Positions 56,910 through 64,000 of a stretch of 64,000 bases of DNA are shown here, in pieces. Every line of letters starts with the position of its first letter. The first letter of the stretch is position 1. Under the pieces are notes generated by a model. It had not been told where the DNA came from. It did not search any database and saw nothing but the letters and a program-made list of their open reading frames with translations. The translations under genes and the position numbers were made by a program. This DNA comes from a virus, in the IMG/VR virus record IMGVR_UViG_3300028800_000060, positions 32,001-96,000 of that record; one strand, 5' to 3'.

Positions 56910-56986
56910 CGGGATGTAGCGCAATCTGGTAGCGCATCTGATTTGGGATCAGAGGGTCGCTGGTTCGAATCCAGCCATCCCGACCA
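56910..56986 (+). tRNA. tRNA-Pro(TGG)
   Basis: CGGGATG/CATCCCG-A-CCA, TCTGA-TTTGGGA-TCAGA. Confidence 0.95.
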
Positions 56987-56991
56987 AAATT

Positions 56992-57077
56992 CTAGGTGTA
57001 GGCAAAAGTTTAAGCCGCCATCCACGGGGATGGAGAGTCATGGTGGGCTTTAGGGCAGCAACGACCATGTACCTAGA
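56992..57077 (+). ncRNA. Remodelled tRNA-Pro-like RNA
   Basis: CTAGGTG/TACCTAG-A acceptor, D arm, CCATC-CACGGG-GATGG (6-nt loop), CATGG/CCATG T stem with 21-nt loop. Confidence 0.6.
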
Positions 57078-57091
57078 ACAAGAGAGATTTT

Positions 57092-57283
57092 ATGGCACGC
57101 AAACAAACGGTCATTAAATGTGGATGTAGAAATTGTATTTGGGGAATGCATCATTCTTCTTGGGGAAAAACCAAAATGCAAGCGACAATCCGTAGTCTTC
57201 GGCGTAGTATCAAAATTGCATTAAGAGTGGGAGATTTTGATAAGGCACAAGATGCAATCATTAGTGCCGGATATTTGGATTAA
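57092..57283 (+). CDS. Small basic hypothetical protein
   Basis: CGCRNC. Confidence 0.5.
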   Translation: MARKQTVIKCGCRNCIWGMHHSSWGKTKMQATIRSLRRSIKIALRVGDFDKAQDAIISAGYLD

Positions 57284-57284
57284 C

Positions 57285-57827
57285 ATGAGCAATATTTTTT
57301 TGACAGCCGATACCCACTTTGGGCATTGCAACATTCTGAAGTACTGTAATAGGCCTTTTAAAGATCACGAGGAAATGAATGAAGGAATTATTTCTCGATT
57401 TCTTGAAGTCTTGAGAAATGGAGATACCTTATATCATCTGGGTGATGTTTGTCACTCACATTTTCCTATAAAATCTTGGCTAGATAGAATGCCGGGAATT
57501 CAAGTTCACTTAATTTACGGTAACCATGATAAACATAAATTACTTTTACACCCTAAGATTATTTGGACGGGTGAACGCAAAGGTGTCCAAATTGGCAAAG
57601 ATCGGTTTGAATTATTTCATTATCCTATGAGGAGTTGGAACCATAAAGGACATGGTGCATATCATTGCTTTGGTCATTGTCACGGAAGACTTCCAATATA
57701 TGACCGAAGTATGGATGTTGGAGTAGATACACACAATTATTATCCTTATCATGTTGATGAAATTGTAAAGACTTTGAAAGATAACCCATTTTTTCATGAT
57801 AGTGATCATCACAATAAAGGAATATGA
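57285..57827 (+). CDS. Calcineurin-like phosphoesterase
   Basis: ADTHFGH, LGD, GNHD, HYP, GHCH, DVGVD. Confidence 0.9.
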   Translation: MSNIFLTADTHFGHCNILKYCNRPFKDHEEMNEGIISRFLEVLRNGDTLYHLGDVCHSHFPIKSWLDRMPGIQVHLIYGNHDKHKLLLHPKIIWTGERKGVQIGKDRFELFHYPMRSWNHKGHGAYHCFGHCHGRLPIYDRSMDVGVDTHNYYPYHVDEIVKTLKDNPFFHDSDHHNKGI

Positions 57828-58066
57828 CAGTAAAAAAATTAGAAACGAAGAAATTGGACCCCGTAGACTACAAACACAAAGATATTCCGTTTATGTTTTT
57901 TACGGCAGGCTCTCTAGCATGCGAATTATTCCTTAATGCCGAGGAAATTATTTATAAGCTTACCAATAATGGTATTAAGAAATATTGTATTGATCCAGAA
58001 AATACTTTTTTTGATGTGATGGAAGTGGAAATCGATAAAATCTCGTGGCGTGTTAAAAGTGCATAG
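57824..58066 (+). CDS. Hypothetical protein
   Basis: AAGGA RBS, ATGA overlap. Confidence 0.5.
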   Translation: MTVKKLETKKLDPVDYKHKDIPFMFFTAGSLACELFLNAEEIIYKLTNNGIKKYCIDPENTFFDVMEVEIDKISWRVKSA

Positions 58067-58077
58067 TTGTTCGTAAA

Positions 58078-58174
58078 GGTGGATGTGGCATAGCTTAAGT
58101 ATAAAGCACTACGGCATCCGGTGAAATACGGGGATGAACCATGTTATACCAAATGAAAGGTTGGTTGCCCACCA
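58078..58174 (+). ncRNA. tRNA-like multibranch RNA ending in ACCA
   Basis: ggtgg/ccacc-a ends; D-arm-like TAGCTTAAGTATAAAGC; ccg-GTGAAATA-cgg hairpin. Confidence 0.4.
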
Positions 58175-58182
58175 AGAATTTT

Positions 58183-58530
58183 AGCGGTATTATCGTATAG
58201 ATCTGTGTAGACACTTTTTCGGACCCGGGTTCGACTCCCGGCAGGTCCACCAAGATACACTAAATGGGTAACAGACTGGCCTCTTTTAATACATTCTCTA
58301 GTGGGCTGGCGAAGTGCAATGGGACCTAGAGCATTTGGTGTATCTCGGTGGGCCTGTAATGGTTTCGACGAGACTGTTGCGAGCATGGTGCGATACGTGG
58401 ACTACCCACGTTAAACAGAAGAAAACAACAAAAGACACAGAAATGTATCTAGCAATGGCTGCGTAAGCAGCATTGAGGGGTTTGGTAGTTTTCCTTTTTA
58501 CCCAAAAACTACCCCCTTCGGGGTTCCCTC
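58183..58530 (+). ncRNA. ssrA: Circularly permuted (two-piece) tmRNA
   Basis: 3' end GGACCCGGGTTCGACTCCCGGCAGGTCCACCA (58221-58252) precedes 5' end GGGCCTGTAATGGTTTCGAC (58350); G3:U70; tag ...KDTEMYLAMAA* ends at 58466. Confidence 0.92.
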
Positions 58531-58580
58531 CTTTTTAAATAATTCTTGCAAAATAAAAATGTCTGTGATATAATATAAGC

Positions 58581-58838
58581 ATGAATATAAATCTGTTGGT
58601 AGATGAAGCGGTATTCGAAACACTTTTCATTGACCATCCCTTATACACAATGACACCCCATTCATTTGCTCTAGAAATTGAACGAATTGTACGGGAACAA
58701 AAGATAGATTATTTGGCCGCAACAGCGCAATTATGCGAACAATATGAAATCGATTATTCCTCTATTCCCAAACTCCTTACAAAAACAATGAAAGAAAAGA
58801 TTGAAGTATCCGCACTTGAAAGAAATTATAAAATATGA
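58581..58838 (+). CDS. 33: Late transcription co-activator (gp33)
   Basis: FALEIE..V....IDYL.A....CE...I...KLL...MKEKIE.SA; upstream of 59 and 32. Confidence 0.8.
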   Translation: MNINLLVDEAVFETLFIDHPLYTMTPHSFALEIERIVREQKIDYLAATAQLCEQYEIDYSSIPKLLTKTMKEKIEVSALERNYKI

Positions 58839-58966
58839 TTTATGAAATTTAAATGCAAAATTATTTTCCGTTGGTATGATTTTTGGATTGGTGCGTTCTT
58901 AGATACTCACAAACATAAATTATATATTTTCCCCATACCAATGGTTGGTATTGAAATACAATTTCC

Positions 58967-59590
58967 GTGAATGCCTTTGAAGCTTACGAAACCTATCTTT
59001 CGATAAAACAACACTTCACTCAGAAGTCTTACGACTTCCATAAGTATAATGGAAAAGTCAACACTTCAGTTTCTCGTTTTGAATCTCGTCCCGATAGAGC
59101 TTTTTTCTATAAAATTTCCAAGAAATATCCTAAAGATAAATTGATAGATTTCTTCGTTGCTAATTTTGTTGCCAATCCTTTTTCTTGGATTGGCGATATG
59201 ATGGATGATTATTCTGAGGAAGTTTATATCGACTGGAAGAAAAAAATTGAAAGTTTAACTTATTATTTTTCGGAAGAGTGCGATGCTATGTTGCATTGGG
59301 CCGAAATGAATAGTTATAAATTTAATGACCTATTTAAAATCAATGGTTCAGATCATCCGATTATTGTTAAAATGTCATTGCAACGTGTCCTTAGTTTCGA
59401 ATCTTTTATTATCCTCAATAGGATATTTTCTTTTGGACAAAATTTCGATAGAAAAATGGAAGATGTAATTTGGAAAGAATTTTGGTTTAAAATTTGCAAA
59501 TATGAAACCTTTCTAAATAATATTGATAGGAAGAAATGTAAACAAATTCTTCGAAATAAAATAGAAACGGATTATCCCCATGTTGTATGA
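58967..59590 (+). CDS. 59: Helicase loader (gp59)
   Basis: YLSIKQHF...YDFHKYNGK, FFVANF, HPII. Confidence 0.9.
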   Translation: MNAFEAYETYLSIKQHFTQKSYDFHKYNGKVNTSVSRFESRPDRAFFYKISKKYPKDKLIDFFVANFVANPFSWIGDMMDDYSEEVYIDWKKKIESLTYYFSEECDAMLHWAEMNSYKFNDLFKINGSDHPIIVKMSLQRVLSFESFIILNRIFSFGQNFDRKMEDVIWKEFWFKICKYETFLNNIDRKKCKQILRNKIETDYPHVV

Positions 59591-59932
59591 AGATTTAGTA
59601 GAGCATTATAATGCGGTATGTGAAAAATGCAGTAAGGCAATTGCACGCGCCAATGATGAAATTGCAAAAAGAGGATGCCTTGAAATCGAGTTGGCCGGCC
59701 TAAGAAATGAATTGAAAGAAGCGTATGGAGAAATATCAGAATTAAAATGCCAAATACCAAATTAGCTGTATCCAAAAATGACGATGAGATATTACAATTT
59801 ACGGTATCAAGTACAGATCCAGAATTATTTTGTAAGATCTCGGATTATATCCGAACTATAAAAGAAACCAAAGAAGTGGAGCCTAGTCCGCAATTATTAC
59901 TCGAAACCGAAAATTTTTAACTTTAGTAGCAT

Positions 59933-59966
59933 TTGACATACCTTAAAATTTGTGATATACTAAATA
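59933..59966 (+). promoter_or_regulatory. Overlapping sigma70 and late-type promoters of gene 32
   Basis: TTGACA-17 bp-TGnTATACT overlapping CTAAATA. Confidence 0.7.
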
Positions 59967-60043
59967 GAATAGTAGTTCCTATATTATGGAGGTCCTGTGA
60001 ACAAGACAAATACAAATACAAAAAAAGAGAAAATATAAAACAT

Positions 60044-61039
60044 ATGAGCTTTGCATCATACAAAAAGAGTCGTACAGATTTAACAAGTTTAAATAAAAAA
60101 GTAGAAGAAATTGCCGAAGGTACTCGAAAGTCTTTTAAAGACGAGCGTATTTGGAGAGTTACCGTCGATAAAGCTGGTTCTGGTTCCGCCCGCCTCAGGT
60201 TTTTATCTGCCCCAGATGGAGAAGATCTTCCTTGGGTTCAATATCACGAACATAATTTTTCTATCAATGGGTCTTATTTTATAGAATTATGCCCGACCAC
60301 ATTAGGACGTGAATGCCCTGTCTGTAAGGCAAACAATGTTTTGTGGAATCTTGATGGTGGTGTTAAGGAAAATCAGGATATTGTTCGTAATAGAAAACGT
60401 AAGTTAGTCTATATTTCCAATATCTACGTCATTAAAGATAAAGAAAATACAGAAACCGAAGGAAAGGTTTATCTTTATCAATACGGACAAAAAATCTTCG
60501 AGAAGATCAAAATGGCATTAAAGCCTAAGGATGAAGATGATCCTGCTGTTAATGTTTTTGATTTTTGGGAAGGTGCTGATTTTGCTTTAGAAGTAAAGAA
60601 TGTTGCTGGTTATCGTAATTACGATGATAGTAAATTCAGGGCACCGTCAGCCTTATTGTCTGGCGATGATAAGAAACTCGAAGAGATTTATAAGAAGTTA
60701 TATCCACTTCTTCCCTTCAAGGATGAAAAGAAATTTAAGTCCTACGAAGAGTTGGAAAAGAAATTCAATGATGTAATTTCTGGAGTAAAAGGAAAAGTAC
60801 AGAAAAAAGCTGATCAACTTTTCCCTGAAACCGCGCCAGTGGCCGCCGATGCACCAGCGCCAAAGAAAGAACGTAAACCTAAAGAAACTGCCACAGAAGA
60901 AACACCTTGGAAGGAACCTACACGCAAGCCCAAGGCATCTTCTAAAAAAGAACCAAAAACTGAACCAACAGTTGAAGATGTTCCTTTAGAGGATAATGAT
61001 GCATTAAATTATTACGAACAACTAGCAGAAGAAAACTAA
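60044..61039 (+). CDS. 32: Single-stranded DNA-binding protein (gp32)
   Basis: DERIW, RFL, ELCPTT..CPVC, KRKLVYISNI, GQKIFEKI, FDFWEGADF, NYDDSKF, acidic tail. Confidence 0.95.
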   Translation: MSFASYKKSRTDLTSLNKKVEEIAEGTRKSFKDERIWRVTVDKAGSGSARLRFLSAPDGEDLPWVQYHEHNFSINGSYFIELCPTTLGRECPVCKANNVLWNLDGGVKENQDIVRNRKRKLVYISNIYVIKDKENTETEGKVYLYQYGQKIFEKIKMALKPKDEDDPAVNVFDFWEGADFALEVKNVAGYRNYDDSKFRAPSALLSGDDKKLEEIYKKLYPLLPFKDEKKFKSYEELEKKFNDVISGVKGKVQKKADQLFPETAPVAADAPAPKKERKPKETATEETPWKEPTRKPKASSKKEPKTEPTVEDVPLEDNDALNYYEQLAEEN

Positions 61040-61061
61040 ATGTAACCCAATTTGGGAATGC

Positions 61062-61102
61062 AAAGGGCGCTTAGATCGAAAGATCAAAAGCGCCCTTTTT
61101 TA
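61062..61102. terminator. Intrinsic terminator after gene 32
   Basis: aaagggcgct...gatc-gaaa-gatc...agcgcccttttt. Confidence 0.8.
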
Positions 61103-61151
61103 TGCTTTTTTGTGCGGATAAGTACTTGCCCCTACTCTGATACGCTTTTAT

Positions 61152-61198
61152 GTCTGAAAACGCAAGGCCGAGTCTGGGAACGCAAGGGAATGTACTTT
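61152..61198 (-). repeat. Dispersed 10-bp-periodic element, divergent copy 3
   Basis: Reverse complement aagtacattcccttgcgttcccagactcggccttgcgttttcagac. Confidence 0.5.
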
Positions 61199-61202
61199 TA
61201 AA

Positions 61203-63977
61203 TTAACTGTGAACGCTGTTTCTGTATCTTGTATCTCTATATGTATTATCCGTATTATGTGGTTGTTGCTGTTGAGCTAATACAGTAGTGTTATTTTGTT
61301 GGTTATTTGTCGGAGCAATAATATTACCCCCTCCGCTTCCTTTTTTAGAAGCTATGTCTGCCTTTTTATCCTCATTATCTTTTGTTGCAGCCAATAAAGT
61401 TTTACCTTGTGCGGGTGGTTCTTTTTGTGCCATATCAACATTTGGTGCTTTATAACCAAAAGCTATAGCTTCATCATCTCTTCGTGCTTGTAAACCTTTA
61501 CTAAATTCTAGTTTGCCAGATTTATTAGGCACCTTATTATATTCTCTCATTTTTTCACCAGCTTTTTGGGCTGAATCATGATTACCAGAATTCAAAATTG
61601 ATGCGATATTTTTTAATTTCCCCACACCTACGTTATAACTAAAATCCACAAGTGAATCAAACATTTGCTGAGAAATTGGTACTTTAACTGCATCATTAAC
61701 CGCACTCTCATATTTACCAAGATCTTTAGCTAATAATTGTGTAGCTTGTTCGGGAGTAATTTCTGTAAATTTTTCACCAGGTTGAATTTGATGTCCGTAA
61801 CCTATAGAGAATTTACCTGAACCGGGAGGATCAGGAAAAGGTTTCAACGCCCATTTAGGAAGTCCTTCATATTTCTTTAATCTATTAATTCCTTCAGAAC
61901 TCATCTTCATATTATTTTTTCCTCCATTTTTCGTTAATAACGATGGTGTATTTTCCGGTTTTGTTTCTATTGGTTTTTCCCTTTTCATTACTTCTGATGC
62001 GGGATTTACACCATTAAATCCTTGCATTACAAGAGGAACAGTTGACTTTGGTGCAATAATAGTTCCTGTAGGAGCTTTTATTGCTGGTGTTTTATCTGCT
62101 ATCTTCGGTGAAGAGTTTATTATTTGCTCCGGTTTTTTAATATCAACATGTTCCTGTTCTTTTTCCTTTTCTTCTTCGGGATAAGAGAATGTCTTTTTTG
62201 CTATATCTGGATAATGTTGCAATAACCAATCTTTAAATAAACCATTATGTTTTTTATCATCCGTAAATTTTCCGAATTTTTCGTTTACTTTACGAACCCA
62301 AATACCATAAGGCATCCACCAAGGCTTTTCTACAGGCACTTTCATATCCCGCAAAAATTCAGCCATTTTATCAGTCCAGTTTTCTGCTGATACCCCATTT
62401 TTCTGTTCGCGAGCTTCACTAGCTCCTTTTGTGGCTACTTTTTCAATTAATTTAGCACCAGTAATACCAATAAGGGCCCCCGCACCTACGCCAGTAGCCG
62501 ATAATCCAACAACACCCGCAGTTGTTGCCGCTGCTCCACCTAAAGCAGCTTCTACTCCACCTGCGGCTGCTCCAGCAGCTTCTACTCCACCTGCGGCAGC
62601 TTCTACTCCACCTGCGGCAGCTTCTACTCCTGTTCCTATACCTAAAAGCCGTTTAATTAATCCTGCTCCACCCCGTAAAGCTTTCAATCCTAAATTAAGT
62701 TCTGTAAATTCACCAACTGTTTTAGTAATTGTATCTGTCAAAGAACCTTGTTTAGTATCTGTACCCGGTTTCATTAAACCGGTTTCTTTTTTTCCCGGAC
62801 CGAGTAGTTTTATGGAATTAATTAATTCTGCGTGTTCTCTCCGTGCAATAATCCGATTTTCTTCGTCTTCATCTAGTTGGTCATCGGTTTTAGTCTTATC
62901 ATCCTTGTGATTTTTTTCCAAAGTTTCATTTATTTTAACCGCAACTATTTTAAGATCTCCAACTTCACGTTCAAGCTTTTCTTGCGGAGCAATACCGCTA
63001 AAACCAGGAACAACACCTGGCTGTCTTTGAACATAATTACCTTCTTCAAAACCTTTAGCAAAATGTCCTTTAGCATTCCGTTTTCTTATTTTGCCTGATC
63101 CCAACAATTTAGGTGCGTTTTGTTGTGCTACAAAATCATCTGATGGAGGAGGTGTTACGATTGGTGGTGGAGGCGTTATTATCGGGTCATTTGGTTTTCT
63201 TTCAGCAGCCCCCTTTATTTCCCGGGAACTATATGGATGAGATGTGCGGGCCCTCTCCCTAGCTTCTTCGTGTTCTCTTTTTTCTTGCGAATTTAATAAT
63301 CTAGGAGGTGTAATATCTGGTGGATTTGGTGGATTAGCTTCATAATCTGCTGCCGCATAAGTTTGATCTCCAATATCCTCATATTCAGCATCTACAATAT
63401 TTACCTTCGGTATTGGACCTGTAGTTTCTTCTGGTTCATTTTCTTGCTGCGCTCGTTTTCTACTTTTAGGTTCTTTGGGTTCTCGTGTACTTTTTCTTCT
63501 GCGGCGTCCCCCACCCTCTGTTTCTTCATAATCTTCTCCCGAACCTCTTCTAGAAGATCTTCTTTGTGGACGTAAAGACCCTTCCATTTGTTTTTGTAAA
63601 CGTTCACGGCGCTTGTGAAGGTAAACACGGAATTCAGCAATACCAAAATCATTTTCTTTTTTGGCAGCCTCTTTGGCCATTCTAAATCTTTCAAACATAT
63701 ACTTGATACCTAAATTAATAAGTGGCGACTTACTAGTAAAAGCAACGAGCATATTTTCAGCATCATATCCCTGTTTTTTAAGGAAATTATTTACATGAGA
63801 ATTTACTTCATTCGCACGTTTTCCCGAATTTTTTGCTGCATTACGGACAGCCCTAACTCGTATTTCCGCATCATACATCGCCTTTTCTGTTTCACTCAAT
63901 GTTTCGCGAATTTTTTTGGCCATTTCAGAAACGGCGGCATTAACTTGGTCAACCTGTTTTTTGATATTGCTGTCCAT
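61203..63977 (-). CDS. Large virion protein (baseplate hub/tape-measure-like) with GH24 lysozyme domain
   Basis: Coiled-coil and low-complexity N terminus, Gly/Ala-rich hydrophobic segment, EG..PFPDP..SIGYGH, FDSLVDFSYNVG, GL.ARR.DE, C-terminal NNTTV. Confidence 0.75.
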   Translation of the reverse strand: MDSNIKKQVDQVNAAVSEMAKKIRETLSETEKAMYDAEIRVRAVRNAAKNSGKRANEVNSHVNNFLKKQGYDAENMLVAFTSKSPLINLGIKYMFERFRMAKEAAKKENDFGIAEFRVYLHKRRERLQKQMEGSLRPQRRSSRRGSGEDYEETEGGGRRRRKSTREPKEPKSRKRAQQENEPEETTGPIPKVNIVDAEYEDIGDQTYAAADYEANPPNPPDITPPRLLNSQEKREHEEARERARTSHPYSSREIKGAAERKPNDPIITPPPPIVTPPPSDDFVAQQNAPKLLGSGKIRKRNAKGHFAKGFEEGNYVQRQPGVVPGFSGIAPQEKLEREVGDLKIVAVKINETLEKNHKDDKTKTDDQLDEDEENRIIARREHAELINSIKLLGPGKKETGLMKPGTDTKQGSLTDTITKTVGEFTELNLGLKALRGGAGLIKRLLGIGTGVEAAAGGVEAAAGGVEAAGAAAGGVEAALGGAAATTAGVVGLSATGVGAGALIGITGAKLIEKVATKGASEAREQKNGVSAENWTDKMAEFLRDMKVPVEKPWWMPYGIWVRKVNEKFGKFTDDKKHNGLFKDWLLQHYPDIAKKTFSYPEEEKEKEQEHVDIKKPEQIINSSPKIADKTPAIKAPTGTIIAPKSTVPLVMQGFNGVNPASEVMKREKPIETKPENTPSLLTKNGGKNNMKMSSEGINRLKKYEGLPKWALKPFPDPPGSGKFSIGYGHQIQPGEKFTEITPEQATQLLAKDLGKYESAVNDAVKVPISQQMFDSLVDFSYNVGVGKLKNIASILNSGNHDSAQKAGEKMREYNKVPNKSGKLEFSKGLQARRDDEAIAFGYKAPNVDMAQKEPPAQGKTLLAATKDNEDKKADIASKKGSGGGNIIAPTNNQQNNTTVLAQQQQPHNTDNTYRDTRYRNSVHS
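62545..62630 (-). repeat. 21-bp coding tandem repeat (AAAGGVE)
   Basis: gcagcttctactccacctgcg x3 plus a partial copy. Confidence 0.85.
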
Positions 63978-64000
63978 AAATTTCCTGTGTTATTGTTGGG

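Noticed and set aside
59933-60043. N-terminal extension of gp32 in the ORF track
   Set aside because: The TTG start is the -35 box. Homology begins at MSFASYKK (60044).
62431-62910. 159-aa plus-strand Pro/Ala-rich ORF
   Set aside because: Antisense reading of the Gly/Ala repeat of the 924-aa gene.
1-64000. Stop-codon reassignment (alternative genetic code)
   Set aside because: Core genes are full length in code 11, TAG and TGA end genes normally, and no suppressor (CTA/TCA anticodon) tRNA was found. The two broken genes are explained by a frameshift and an insertion.
1-64000. CRISPR array or cas operon
   Set aside because: No regularly spaced direct repeats were seen. The Cas4-like ORF at 45359 is the common stand-alone exonuclease of T4-like phages.

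Overview
AT-rich segment of a large T4-like (Tevenvirinae-related) myophage genome. Almost all genes are on the + strand and read normally in the standard code. It carries the T4-type replication and late-transcription core (gp43 DNA polymerase, UvsX, gp41, gp61, RNase H, gp33, gp59, gp32, DNA ligase, EndoII-like nuclease). Nucleotide and NAD metabolism genes include NAMPT, ThyX, class II NrdJ, DUF5664, HD, MazG, a deaminase, an NDT-like protein, a macro domain and a SLOG protein. There is also an unusually rich RNA/translation kit: 12 recognisable tRNA genes (including a rare Ile-UAU and a short-arm Leu-UAG), remodelled tRNA-like RNAs, several unexplained structured RNAs between the tRNAs, a circularly permuted two-piece tmRNA, an RlmN/Cfr-family radical SAM methyltransferase, three RNA ligases, PNK and a nucleotidyltransferase. 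Other notable points are an RNase H gene split by an antisense homing-endonuclease relic, a zinc ribbon inserted in the DNA polymerase, a possible R-M pair, systematic leaderless genes, a dispersed 10-bp-periodic intergenic element, and a large minus-strand lysozyme-bearing virion protein at the right end. All calls come from motif recognition by eye; no database searches were run.
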